From Pristiophorus japonicus (lineage: Eukaryota): a DNA stretch of 64,000 nucleotides. Position numbers and translations under genes: made by a program. The notes under the pieces are model-generated. The model was not told the DNA's origin and did not search any database. It worked only from the letters and a program-made list of their open reading frames with translations. Shown piece by piece: positions 50,937 through 63,654 of the stretch (its first letter is position 1; each line of letters opens with the position of its first letter). The DNA lies in assembly GCF_044704955.1 (NCBI RefSeq), contig NC_091981.1, positions 47,740,001-47,804,000 on the forward strand, given 5' to 3'.

Positions 50937-53113
50937 TTTTGTGTTCCTAACACAGATGAGGCTGCACACAGGGAGGCTAAAATAACAGTGACCTCAGTCT
51001 TTAATAAGGAGTGAGGAACAAGCCTTAGAGGCCGGCTTATATACAGTGCTCCCAAGGGGTGCTGGGATCCCTTGGGACTTCAGGGGATGAGCTTCCTGGT
51101 GGCGGAACATGGGAGTGCATGCTTTACAGATACACATCACTCTCTCTCTCCTCCCCGCCCCCCACCAAAGTAAAAGTGAAAACTATTTACAAGGTGAGGC
51201 AGTCGGGAGCCTTTCTTTCCCTGGGGGACAGCCTTGGTACAAATGACTCTTCTGGTGTGTTGGCTGTGTCCTCGCTGGGCTGGTGTGTTGTTGGCCCTGT
51301 AGGGCTGCTAGGTGAGCCTGGCCTTGCTGGGCTGTTGGGCGTGATGGGTTCAATTTTCTGGTCCGACGTGGTCGTTCATACTTTGGGGGTGTGTTGTGGG
51401 CTCGAAAAAGGTGGTGTCTGCTGTGGGTTGTTCAGGGCAGTCTGTGAACCGCAGCCTCGTTTGGGCCAGGTGCTTTGTGCAAATTTGTCTATTGTCTAGT
51501 TTGACTACAAACATCCTATTCCCTTCTTTAGCTATCACCGTGCCTGCAATCCACTTGGGACCATGTCCATAGTTTAGCACATACACAGGGTAATTCAGAT
51601 CAATTTCCCGTGACACAGTGGCACGACCATCGTTTACATTTTGATGCTGCCGCCTGCTCTCTACCTGATCATGCAGGTTGGGGTGAACCAGCGAGAGTCT
51701 GGTTTTAAGTGTCCTTTTCATGAGTAGCTCAGCCGGGGGCACCCGTGAGCGAGTGGGATCTTGTGCGGTAGCTGAGCAGTACTCGGGACAGGCAGGTTTG
51801 GAGTGAGCCTTCTGTGACTCGTTTAAGGCTCTGTTTGATGGTTTGTACTGCCCGCTCTGCCTGCCCATTGGAGGCTGGTTTAAACGGTGCCGAGGTGACA
51901 TGTTTGATCCCATTGCAGATCATGAATTCTTTAAATTCGGCACTGGTGAAACGTGGCCGTTGTCACTGACCAGTATGTCAGGCAGGCTGTGGGTGGCAAA
52001 CATGGCCCTCAGGCTTTCAATGGTGGCGGTGGCGGTGCTTCCCGACATTATTTCCCATTCAATCCATTTTGAAAAAGCATCCACCACCACCAGGAACATT
52101 TTACCGAGAAACGGGCCCTCATAGTCGACATGGATCTTCGACCATGGTCTGGAGGGCCAGGACCACAAACTTAGTGGTGCCTCTCTGGGCGCGTTGCTCA
52201 ACTGAGCACATACGCTGCATTGCCATACACAGGACTCTAAGTCAGAGTCGATACCGGGCCACCACACCTGGGATCTGGCTATCGCTTTCATCATTACTAT
52301 ACCCGGGTGTGTGCTGTGAAGATCCGAGATGACAGTCTTCCTGCCCTTTTTTGGTAGCACCACGCGGTTACCCCACAACAGGCAGTCTGCCTGAATGGAC
52401 AGCTCGTCCTTTCGCCGCTGGAACGGCTTGATTGGCTTTTGCATTTCAACGGGGATGCTGGCCCAGCTCCCATGCAGTACACAGTTTTTTTTACTAGGGA
52501 CAGCAGAGGATCTTGGCTGGTCCAAATCCTAATCTGGCGGGCCGTGACAGGTGAATTTATCATTTTCAAATGCTTTCATGACCATCAAGTCTGCGGGCTG
52601 CGCCACCATCAACAAGTTTGCAGGCTGCACCATTTCTACCCCCGTGGTGGGCAATGGTAGCCGACTTGAGAGAATCCACACAGTTCTCGGTGCCTGGCCT
52701 GTGGCAGATGGTTGTACGCTGATAGCACGAGTGCCCACCTTTGTAAGCAGGCTGAGGCATTAGTATTTATCCCCTTGTTTTCAGCGAACAGGTATGTGAG
52801 GGGCCTGTGATCGGTTTCCAGCTCAAATTTGAGGCCAAACAGGTACTGATGCATTTTCTTTACCCCGAACACACACGCTAATGCCTCTTTCTCAATCATG
52901 CTGTAAGCCCTCTCGGCCTTAGACAAGCTTCTGGAAGCATAGGAGACAGGTTGCAACTTCCCCGTAACGTTAGCTTGTTGTAATACACACCTGACTCCGT
53001 ACGACAACGTGTCACATGCTAGCACAAGTCTTTTACACGGGTTATACGAGCAGCTTGTTGGAGCATAAAATGTTTCTGGCTTTCTCAAGTGCATGCTTTA
53101 CAGATACACAACA
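50937..53113 (-). mobile_element. Gypsy (Mag clade) element 5, large internal deletion
   Basis: 3' LTR 50937 to about 51136; integrase and RNase H; only 25 bp of the 5' LTR (53089-53113); TSD CTGTC at 50932-50936 and 53114-53118. Confidence 0.94.
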
Positions 53114-53334
53114 CTGTCAATCCCCCTCAGAATTTTATATGTTTCAATGAGATCTCTTTTCATTCTTCTAAATTCCAAAGAGTGTCGGCCTAATCTACCC
53201 AATCTCTCCTCATATGACAACCCTCGCATCCCAGGGATTTGTCTAATGAACCTTCATTGCACTGCCTCTAAGGCAAGTATATCCTTCCTCAGATAAGGAG
53301 ATCAAAACTATGCACAATACAAGTACAAGTTTAG

Positions 53335-54100
53335 CAAGCCCGGTCCCCATATCCCTCAATTTCCCTAAGGTCCAAAAATCTATCCATCTCAGCCTTGAAT
53401 ATACTCAACGACTCAGCATCCATAGCCCTTTCGGGTAGAGAATTCCAAAGATTCACAACCCTGAGTGAAGAAATTCCTCCTCATCTCAGTCTTAAATCGA
53501 TTCCTTATCCTGAGACTCTGCCCCTAGTTCTAAACTCTTTAACCTCTCAGCATCTACCCTGTCAAGCCCTCTAAGAATTTTACATGTTTCAATGAGATCA
53601 CCTCTTATGCTTCTAAACTCGAGAGTATAAGCCCTATCTACTTAATCTCTTCTCATAGGACAACCCTCTCACCTCAGGGATCAATCTAGTGAACCTTTGT
53701 TGAACTGCCTCTAAGGCAAGTATATCCTTCGTTATATAATGAGACCAAAACTGTACACAGTACTCCAGGTGTGGTCTCACCAAAGCCCTGTATAATTGGA
53801 GCAAGACTTCCTTACTCTTGTACTCCAACATTCTAGCAATAAAGGCCAACATGCTATTTGCCTTCCTAAGTGCTTGCTGTACCTGCATGCTAACTCTGTG
53901 TTTCTTGTACTAGGAGACCCAAGTCTCTCTGAACACCAACATTTAATCGTTGCTCACCATTTAAAAAAATATTGTTTTTATATTCTGCCTATTAAAGTTA
54001 ATAACCTCACATTTCCCCACATTATAATCCAACTGCGACCTTATTGCCCACTCACTTAACATGCTATATCCCTTTGCAGGCTCTTTGCATCCTCCTGACA
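53335..54100 (-). mobile_element. CR1 C-terminal fragment
   Basis: [15 protein letters not shown] 53634-53888. Confidence 0.88.
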
Positions 54101-54634
54101 GCTTATGGGCTATATAATATTACACAAAACAATGTTATGTAAAACTCAATTTTCTTTGTTGCAAATTTTGCGGTAAGGAATGAGTCCAATTTGAAACCAC
54201 ACACCATCGATACTCAATACTGCTATTTGCTCCACATCTCTTCGACTGTGGCTCACAGCAGATTTGCTGCATCATGTGCATTTGATTTCCCGTCATATAC
54301 ACATAATGTTGGCAGAGCTGGGATCGAGTGATGTTCCCTCTCCTTCTCTTGTTCTCCAGTAAAAGGAAGGGAATAGTATTAAAAGATGGGGTTATCCCAG
54401 CTTCCACACTGCAAGTGAAAGGGTTCTATTAAAATAGAAGTATTTAGTAGAACGATTAGTCCTAATTTTTGTTTCCTCTTCCATGGCCCACAGCAGAATG
54501 AGTGAACTCAGAAGCTCACTGTTCAAGACAGGACAGACAAATGCAGACCAATGCCCCATCACTCAATGGTGTAGCATTCCTGATAGAAGCCCTGAAGAAA
54601 GACAGGTTGGATCGTGACCGGAACAAAAGTTAGT

Positions 54635-55280
54635 AATAGGACGAGTAGGCCATTCAGCACCTTTAACCTGCTCCGCCATTTAATTAGATCATGGTTGATC
54701 TATGCCTCAACTCCATTTATCCACCATAACTTCAGATCACTTGATATGCTTACCTAACAAAAATCTAGCGATCTGTCTTGAAAGCTCTAATTGTCCCAAT
54801 ATCCACAGCCTTTTAGGGAAAGAGATTTCTGGATTTCTACTACTGTGTGAAAAAGTGCTTCCTGATTTGCCTCCTAAATGGCCAAGCTCTAATTTTAAAC
54901 GTTTATGGGGGAGAAATTGGGCTCCTTTGCGCCTCCCGGGGGCGGCTGGGCATGGCCTTTCAACACGGCAGCACTGCACAGCCCATTGTGCAGCATTGCA
55001 CAGCTACCGTCCCGCTTGTTGCCTTTTGTGCTCCAGGAAGGAAGTGGAGCGCTTGATTTAGCCCCAAATGGGGCGCTCCCGAATTTCTCCCCCTTTGTCC
55101 CTTGTTCTGCATTCTCCCACCAGAGGAAATAATGTCTCTGTAACTTCCCGATTAAATAGCCTTCAACATTTTGAACTTCTTGATTAAATCACCAATCAAC
55201 TTTCTAAACTGAAAGGAATGCAAACCAGTTTTATGCAACATTTCCTCATAATTTAACCTTTTAAGCCCAGGTATAATTCG
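54635..55280 (-). mobile_element. Decayed CR1 3' end containing a MITE
   Basis: GAGTAGGCCATTCAGC..CTGCTCCGCCATT 3' UTR signature; continues after 55093. Confidence 0.75.
54907..55093. mobile_element. 187-bp Harbinger/Tourist-like MITE
   Basis: TIRs GGGGGAGAAATTGGG / CCCGAATTTCTCCCCC; flanks TAT and TTT (imperfect 3-bp TSD). Confidence 0.8.
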
Positions 55281-55353
55281 GACAATGCAATACCAAGGCA
55301 CAGAAATTTCATACAGAACTCTGCCCATCAAAATGGTTGACCCTGTTGCTTAC

Positions 55354-55526
55354 TTGGTAACACAGAGTGTGTTCTTGCACTGACTGACGAGAGTCTCTCG
55401 GTCATCTTCTCGCTGAGGTCTTACAGTGATGAGTTCCAAAGTGTGGGGTCGAGCACAGAACTCACGGTTAGCTGGCTCTATTTTTCTGCTCGTACAATTA
55501 GCCAGGTTTACACGGCCAAGTGGGTG
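55354..55526 (-). CDS. ANLN: Anillin penultimate coding exon (PH domain), 173 bp
   Basis: CTCTTTATTTACTTGCAG| acceptor, |GTAAGC donor; [57 protein letters not shown](K), recognisably vertebrate anillin. Confidence 0.97.
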
Positions 55527-55792
55527 CTGCAAGTAAATAAAGAGCTGCTTAATCACATCTACATATACACATACATTAGTGCTCAATAAATCTTAAAACC
55601 AAATCTCCAAGCAAGATCAGTAAAAATCTGGACAGAACTTAAAATTTAAGACACATTTCTGCTCAATACCATATCTGATCAATATTTGAAAATATGTGTT
55701 GTAATCTTAAATTACATAAGTAATTTCACTTTTCTAATACATTTCCACACCATAAATGTAATCATATCTTCAAAATTGACCAAGTTAAATTT

Positions 55793-55990
55793 GTAAATAC
55801 TCAGGTCAGGCAGCATCTGTGGAGAGAGAAACAGAATGTTTCAGGTCGACGACCTTTCATCAGTTCTGACTAAAGATCATCGACCTGAAACGTTAACTCT
55901 GTTTCTCGCTCCACAGACATGGCCTGATCTGCTGAATATTTTCAGCACTTTGTTTTTATTTCAGATTTACAGAATCTGCAGTATTTTGCT
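55793..55990. mobile_element. Palindromic, probably Penelope-derived element with two inverted minimal hammerhead-like motifs
   Basis: Inverted arms of about 65 bp centred near 55865; CTGATGA..GAAAC on minus and CTGACTA..GAAACGTT on plus. Confidence 0.7.
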
Positions 55991-56229
55991 CAAGTTAATT
56001 TTATTGCACACTGCAATACAATGGTAAGTGTGGCAGTGTTTCATTGGAGCATACACTTCAAATTGCACATTTTATGCAATGCACTAATCTGGGTGTTAGC
56101 TAATTCAAACGATTGCGGCAATTTCTGGTGTTTTCTGTTACTATTTACCAGAATATTTAAATTCAATCTAAAATTTACTAAAGATGGAATCAGAAAATGC
56201 AAATCAATCTTTTTTTTATAAAGTGAAAG

Positions 56230-58583
56230 CTTGGAACTTGTAGTTCAGGAGAATTGAAAAAGGAAATGAGAGGCAAAGAGTGTGTATGATCAGGCAATAT
56301 AAAAGGAATCGCTAAAGTCTTTTATAAAGAGTAAAACTTAAAAGACAAGGAACAATCAAAGGTGAAAATACTCAACTAGAAGAGGGCTAATTTCAGTGAG
56401 TTGTAAAGGCCCAGGTGGATTGGAATCAAAGATTGGAAGATAAAACACTAAATGAGCAATGGGAGGCCTTCAAGGAGGAAGATAGTTCGCGTAAAGACTA
56501 AACACATTCCTATGAGGGGGAAAGAAAGAGCATCAAAAGCTAGAGTTCCATGGATGACTAAAGATAAGAGATTAAAATGAAACAGAATAAGGAAACTTAT
56601 GATAAACGTCAGGCTCATAATACAGTAAAGAATCAAGAAGAATGCAGAAGTGCAGAGGAGAATTGAAAAAGGAAATAAGAGAGGCAAAGAGAGTAAAGAT
56701 TATCAGGTAACATAAAATGAATCACTCAAGTCTTTTATAGAGTGAAAGGGTGGGAAGGAAAATTAGGGACCAAAAAGAAAATCTTCTTATGGAGGTAGGA
56801 CATGGCTGAGGTACTAAATGAGCACTTTGCATCTGTTTTCAGAAGAGGTTGCTGCCAATGTCACAGTAAAAGGAGAAGATAGAAAAATTGGACACGGTAA
56901 AAATAAAAAGATACTTAAAAGGTTGGTATCACCTGGTCCAGATGGGATGCCTCCTAGCTTGCCGAGGGAAGAAAGTAAGGGTGGAAATAGCAGAGGCTCT
57001 GGCCACAATCTTACAATCTTCCTTGAAATGGGAGTAGTGCAAGCATTGCACCTATGTTCAAAAAACAGGAAGAGGGATAAATCCGGTAACTACAGGCCCA
57101 TCAGCTTAATGTCAGTGGTGGGCAAATTTTTAGACAATAATCCAGGACAAAACTAATTGTCACTTGGAAAAACATAGATTAATAAATGACATAGGTGCAT
57201 GGATTTGTTAAAGGCAAATTGTGTCTGACAAACTTGATTTGAGTTCTTTGATGACATAACAGAGAGGGTTGATGAGGGTAAAGTGGTTGATTGGTGTATA
57301 TGAACTTTCAAAAAGGCATTTGATAAAGTGCCATATAATAGACTTGTTAGCAAAAGTGAAGCCCGAAGCCCATGGGATTAAAGAGGCAGTGGCAACATGG
57401 ATACAAAATTGGCTAAGGGACAGAAAGCAAAGAGTAGAGGTGAATGAGTGTACCCCAGGGATCGGCATTAGGACTACTGCTCTTTTTGATATATAATAAT
57501 GATGTGGGTTTGAGTATACAGGGCATCATTTCAAAGTTTATAGATGAAATAAACCTCATAAATATAGTAAACAGTGTCGAGGAGAACAGACTTCAGGAAG
57601 ACATAGACTGGTGAAATGGACACATAGCAGAGGTAATTTAATGCTGAGTTGATGCATTTTGTAGGAATAATGAGGGGCAATATAAACTAAATGCTACAAT
57701 TTTAAAAGGGGTGCAGGAACAGAGACCTGGGGTGTACATACATAAATCTTTGAAGGTGGCAGGACAAGTTGAGAAGGCTGTTAAAGTAGTATATGGAATC
57801 CTTGGCTTTTTAAAACTGAGGCAGAGTACAAAAGCAAGGAAGTTATGTTAAACCTTTATAAAACACTGGTTAGGCTTCAGCTGAAGTATTGTATCCAACT
57901 CTGGGCACCACACTAAGAAGTTTGTCAAGGCCTTGGAGAAGAGGTAGAGGAGATTTACTAGAATACTATCAGGGATGTGAGACTTCAGTTATGTGAAGAG
58001 ACTAGAGAAGCTGAGATTGTGCTCCTTAGAGCAGAGAAGGTTAAGGAGAGATTTAATAGAGGTATTCAAAATTAAGAAAGGTTTTGATAGAGTAAATAAG
58101 GAGAAACGACATCCACTGGTAGGAGGATCGGTAACAAGAGAACACAGATTTAAAGTCATTGGCAAAAGAACCAGAGAGGAGATTTTTTTTAAAAGACAGC
58201 ATGTTGCTGTGATCTGTAATGCACTGCTTGAAAGGGTGGTGGAAATAGATTCAATAGTAACCTTCAAAGGGAACTGGATATTTACTTAAAAAGGAAAAAT
58301 TTGCAGGGCCAGTGAAAGAGCAAGGGAGTGGGACCAATTGGATAGCTCTTTCAAAGAGCCAGCACGGACACGACGACCAAATAGAATCATACAGCAGAGA
58401 AGGAATCTATGAATTATTGGTGTACAATTTAGATAGATTTTTGGAGTCTAGGGGAATCAAGGGATATGGAGATAGAACAGGAAAGTGGAGTTGAGGTCGA
58501 TGATCAGCTATGATCTTACTGAATGGCGGAGCAGGCTCGATGGGCTGTAGGGCCTATTCCTGTTCCTATTTCTTATGTTCTTA
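56230..58583 (+). mobile_element. Decayed CR1 ORF2 fragments with two 3' ends
   Basis: SPGPDGM, NYRPISLMSVVGK, RRLRRDLIEVFKI; tail CCTATTTCTTATGTTC at about 58580. Confidence 0.85.
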
Positions 58584-59103
58584 ATTTAGGCCATCAGTGG
58601 AGATGATGGATGGGGGCATTCGTAGACAGTTCAGGGATAACAGGACAATAACGATGGGTGATTTTTAACTAGGTAATGTATTTGGACAAAGTGGGGAACA
58701 TTTTTTTCCAGTATGCATCCATGACTGCATCCTAGATCAAGAAGAAAATAAGTATTGCTAATTTAGTTTTGCAAAATGAAGTGGGGCAAATGAAAAAGTA
58801 GAACAATTGGGAAAGTGACCACAACACAGTTAGATTCAATGCAAAATAGAAAAGTATAATGAAGAGTCAAACATAAAGGTACTAGGTAGAGTTCAATGAG
58901 ATATGAATTGTTCCACATCCTCCTCCTCTATCACACTTCCACTATCATTTGTAAAAACTGATGAAAAATATTTAATCTCTCTCCATACTTTCAAACTCCA
59001 CAACTAGATTTCATCCCTAAGCAGTCCTATGATCTCTTTAGCTATCCTTTTAATATGCTTATAAAATTCCTTACATTTCCTTTTACATCATTCCTTTTCA
59101 ATA

Positions 59104-59242
59104 ATAACTTGCACTTATATAGTGCCTTCCTCAAAGTAAAACATCCCAAGACGCTTCACAGGAGCGTAATCAGATAAAATTTGACACTGAGCCACACAAG
59201 GAGATATTCGGACAGGTGACCAAAAGCTTGATCAAAGAGATA
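59104..59242 (-). mobile_element. L2 LINE 3' end (continues 62976-62996 and 63654-63905)
   Basis: AACTTGCACTTATATAGTGCC tail; the downstream part encodes STIGGYAFSCLGPKFWNALP, an L2-type C-terminus. Confidence 0.8.
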
Positions 59243-59600
59243 GGGCTAGACTTTCCACTTTGCTGTCTATCCAGCCTTACCGATTACTGGCTCATCGCCC
59301 ATTTTTTGGATGCCGATTTTCCACTCGGCAATAGGCCAGCGATGTCAAATGGGCGATGCAAAAGGTCAGCGAGGTAACGTTCACCCAATGAATGGCCAGC
59401 GATGTGGAAGGCAAAAAAGTTTCCCTAGCAACAGCCTTCTGCGCATGCAATTTAAATTTTTTTCCCGGTTGACAGCATTTTGCGCATTTCGGGAGGTCAC
59501 GGGTCATCCACACATGTGAAGCCCGATTGTTGGGGGTGGGGGGGGAAAGAGAGCGAGGGAGAGAGAGCGCGAGAGATATATATCGAATTCACGTTTTAAA

Positions 59601-61250
59601 ATGAATATGTCAGCATCAACATCGGATGTGGAGGAGGCTCGCAAAAGGGCCAAGCCCGTCTCAGATGAGACAAACGAGGTCCTCATTCAGGAGGTGCACA
59701 CAAGGTGGGGCGAGTAAACCCGGGGTGGCAGTGGGAAACCCCCACCCTAGAAGTACAGGAAGACATGGGCCGAGATTTCGGACGTCGTCTTGGCGGCGTC
59801 TAATGAAGTGAGGGGGTCCGACCAAGCCGCAAGCGTTGGAACAGCCTGGTCGCGTCAGCAAGAGGAAGTACATATTTTATATTGTATATTATTGTAATTT
59901 TAATATTAAATCGCCTGCATTGAAATATATTTTGTACACAGCGAGACACTTTTGTACATTAGCTTCTGACATTGAAGACCTCAATGGAGATTGTATTAGA
60001 GAGAGAGATGTTTGTCAATCATCACCTCGTATTCCCGATGTGTTATAACTGTTAAATGTCTTTCCACGATAGTACACATACCACACAGCTTATGCTATGC
60101 ACTTTTCCAATTTTGCAGAAGATATCGAACAACCGAGCCCAGCAGAGGCACACTGGAGGGGGCACAGCTGCCTTATAACCGCTGACCGACATTGAGGAGC
60201 ATGCTGCGGCTCTGGTGGGGAGCCACAGTCGAGCAGCCACCTCCTGTGGATCTGCCAAGCCCTCTGATGTGTTTCATGACCATATACGAATGTACGACCC
60301 TCAGACTAATCCTGCCTCCGCAACTCTGTTATTCAATTCCGTATAGATGTACTACCATATGTACAAACATATGATGCATTATTATGTAACGTCCCCTGGT
60401 CTCATTTATTGTAGTAGTGATGCTCCTCTGCAATGTGTACCCCCTCTGCTATAATAAACTCAATAAGCTCAGTTGTGTTTTGCAGGGCCCACAACACAAG
60501 TGTGCAGATCAGAGCTGCAGCCTGCGGTTCCATTACAGGTGGTCCTCACCACGGGTTGGGAGGAAGAGGAAGATACCACGGAGCCGGAGGAGGAGGAAGT
60601 GGATTCGGAGGAAGATGCCCCTAGCATCCCTCATCATGTGGTGGAATCACCTGTGGGACCTGTGGCCATTATGTCGGCATCTTTGAAGGTAGAAGCAGCG
60701 GGACCAAGCGGCGTGCAACTGTCGACGCCAAGGCGCACATTAGTGCCCACGCAGACCCCACGGAGGTTGAGTCAGCGAGTAGAGCACACGCCTACCCTGG
60801 CCGATTGCATGGATGGCTTGGCTCAAATGTGCAAGGAGACCATCGTGTTAAGTCGCGACCATCTCCAGGTGTTTCTGGACTTCACGGAGACCTTCTCCCG
60901 GATGTCACAACAGACACTCGAGCAGCTGATTCAGCAGACCGTCGCCACAAATGCCTTACGGCGTGCATTGTCGGCGGGACACGGCGCTGCACTTGAACAT
61001 GACGTGATGTCGTAGACCACAAACACCAGCGCACAAGCAGGTTAGGAGGAAGCAATTCCTTCTGACTCGGAAGGCAATCCCCATGCTTTCGACTTTCCCT
61101 CCTACACCTCGCCCCCCCCCCCCCCCACCAAACAGGCGATCACACCAGCAGTTCCCCCACCATGGAAGGAAGTCTTGCCGTTGGCAGTTGCACACGAGTG
61201 ACATCTCGGTGCCACTCGGGGACTAAATTGGGCGGGTGGGGCTAGAGTAC
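59601..61250 (+). pseudogene. Harbinger Myb/SANT-like gene, 3 exons, disrupted
   Basis: Exon 1 RKRAKPVSDETNEVLIQEV..WAEI..RKRWNSL; exon 2 after TTTTGCAG at about 60119 KISNNRAQQRHTGGG..LTDIEE; exon 3 after TTTTGCAG at about 60486, acidic; internal stops. Confidence 0.8.
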
Positions 61251-61548
61251 GGGGAGGGAAACATGACTGCAGGTGATGTATGAATATTGTTTGTTCTTTC
61301 TATTAATGGTTTACTGCTGGGGTGTTGTTTGGGGAGGTTGGGTGGGTTGTTGGAGTTGCTCCTGTTGCAGTTGAAATTTAAATTTTGTTTGAGTAATACT
61401 TTATTACATTTTACAATTTACAATTGTTGTGCATTTTCTTATAACGTAATAACATATTAATGTAAACAATGGCCGACCAGACTGCTCAACGCTAACGCAA
61501 CCGTTGTTTTGTGATAAACGTCTGACTCTGACTGTCCACTATTAAAGT

Positions 61549-62530
61549 TCATGCAAAACATTCATTTATGAGCTGCTCACGCAACAGCGTAACTCCCACG
61601 GGGTTTTTCCAGTCTTGCGGGTGGGCGTGGGGCCATGAGTTCATCGCCAGGTTGAATGTCCTCCCAGAGGTGCTAATCGGCCTCCTACTGCTCCTCGTTA
61701 TCTCCCTCTTCAGTCTCCAATCCTTCTTGAGGTGGACCGTCAGCCCTATCATGAGCCAGCTGGCAAGGCCATATCCTTTATCCCCCAGCATACAACCGTG
61801 ACCTTGTGGCTGATTGGCAAACAGGTCAGAGACAGCACTCTCACGCAGGATGTGTGCATCGTGGATGCTGCTTGGAAAATTAGCATTAACTGCCATGATA
61901 ATCTAGATTTGGTCGACAACGAGTTGCACATTTAGCGACTGAAATCCCTTTCTGTTACGAAACACCTCCACATTCTGTAAAGGTGATTTAAGGGAAATGT
62001 GCGTGCAGACTATTGCTCCCTGCACCTTGGGGAAGTTTGCTATTCGAGAACCCCAAAGCCCTCCTGGTTTGTGCCTCCCTGGTCATAGGGAAGTTTATAA
62101 AGTCCATCCTGCGAGAGTTAAGGGCTTGAGTCACCTGTCGAATGGAGCAGTGTGCGGTGTGCTGAGAGATACGGCAGATGTCGCCAGCTGAAGCCTGAAA
62201 GGAGCCCGATGCGTAGAAGGATAGTGCCGCAGTAATTTTTACCTCAATGGAAAGTGCGGTCCTGATGGTGCTGGCAGTTTGCAGATCCCCCTCGATGAGC
62301 TGACAAATCTCATCGATGACCTCCTTTCGGAAGCGCAACCTCCGAAGGCATGCGTTATCAGACAAGTTCAGGTAAGATTGCTTTTTCTTGCAAGTTCTTC
62401 GGCTGTAAGGTCTCTTCATACGTCCACGCATTAGTCTGCGACCTCTACGATTGATCCCTTCACTTAACTCAAGCTCAGATGCCAGCAGTTCTGCACTTAC
62501 AAGTAATGGCAGAGAAGATGCAGCCCCTAT
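61549..62530 (-). pseudogene. Harbinger DDE transposase (HARBI1-like), frameshifted
   Basis: YLNLSDNACLRRLRF, ALSFYASGSFQ, FRNRKGFQSLNVQLV, SIHDAHIL, LGDKGY; C-terminal catalytic segment appears deleted; putative start codon reads ATA. Confidence 0.9.
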
Positions 62531-62996
62531 TCTTTCACTGTTTATATAAATGCCTTTTCTACTACTAAACTGACCTTTTTACGAAAATAAATGAAAATAT
62601 TATAATATAAGTTTAAATTTGACTAGATATATCTGTCAAATACACTTGTAACTCTCAAATTATTAGAGCACTCTTGTTTTTGCAGCCTCCCTCCTTTCCT
62701 CCGATATTCAAAATGGCGTCCATAGTGCCCAGCTCCGAGTAAAGCCCGGCAAAAGCAACTATTTCCCGGTAATGTCGTCAGCGAGTGATCAGCCCAGCGA
62801 TGTGCTGAAAGTTAGACTGGGCGATGTGTGGGCAATCACCTCGGCGATGTGAATCGAAAGTCAGGGGGATAATTTTTCAGCAAGATCCAGCCTGAATTTC
62901 CACTTTTTTGTCAAAATGGGTGATGAAAGGCCGTTTTGGGCGATATGTGGTGATGTGAAGTGAAAAGTCGAGCCCATAAGTTTTAAGGAGCTTCTT

Positions 62997-63654
62997 ATGC
63001 AGGTACAGCAGGCGGTGAAGGAGGCAAATGGCATGTTGGCCTTCATAGCTAGGGGATTGGAGTATAGGAGCAGGGAGGTCTTACTGCAGTTGTACAGGGC
63101 CTTGGTGAGGCCACACCTTGAATATTGTATAGAGTTTTGGTCTCCTAATCTGAGGAAGGACATTCTTGCTATTGAGGGAGTGCAGCGAAGGTTCACCAGA
63201 CTGATTCCCGGGATGGCAGGATTGACATATGAAGAAAGACTGGATCAACTAGGCTTATATTCACTGGAATTTAGAAGAATGAGAGGGGATCGTATAAAAA
63301 CAAATAAAATTCTGACGGAATTGGACAGGTTAGATGCAGAAAGAATGTTCCCAATGTTGGGGAAGTCCAGAACCAGGGGTCAGAGTCTAAGGATAAGGGG
63401 TAAGCCATTTAGGACAGAGATGAGGAGAAACTTCTTCACTCAGAATTGTGGACCTGTGGAATTTGCTACTGAGGCCAGTTCGTTAGATATATTCAAAAGG
63501 GAGTTAGATGTGGCCCTTACGGCTAAAGGAACAAGGGGTATGGAGAGAAAGCAGGATTGGAGTACTGAAGTGCATGATCAGCCATGATCTTATTGAATGG
63601 TGGTGCAGGCTCGAAGGGCCGAATGGCCTACTCCTGCACCTATTTTCTCTGTTT
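62997..63654 (+). mobile_element. 5'-truncated CR1 inserted in L2
   Basis: RPHLEYCIEFWSP..SRTRGQSL; 3' UTR GGCCTACTCCTGCACCTATTTTC; TTA at both junctions. Confidence 0.92.

Larger units (their letters stand above)
59243..62975. mobile_element. PIF/Harbinger DNA transposon 2, structurally complete
   Basis: 18-bp TIRs GGGCTAGACTTTCCACTT / AAGTGAAAAGTCGAGCCC (2 mismatches); ATA on both flanks (59240-59242, 62976-62978); convergent Myb-like and transposase genes. Confidence 0.93.

Noticed and set aside
54135-54420. Cryptic ANLN exon after a TTTCACTTGCAG acceptor-like site
   Set aside because: The flanking exons already join in frame to give the canonical PH domain; no anillin similarity and no clear donor.
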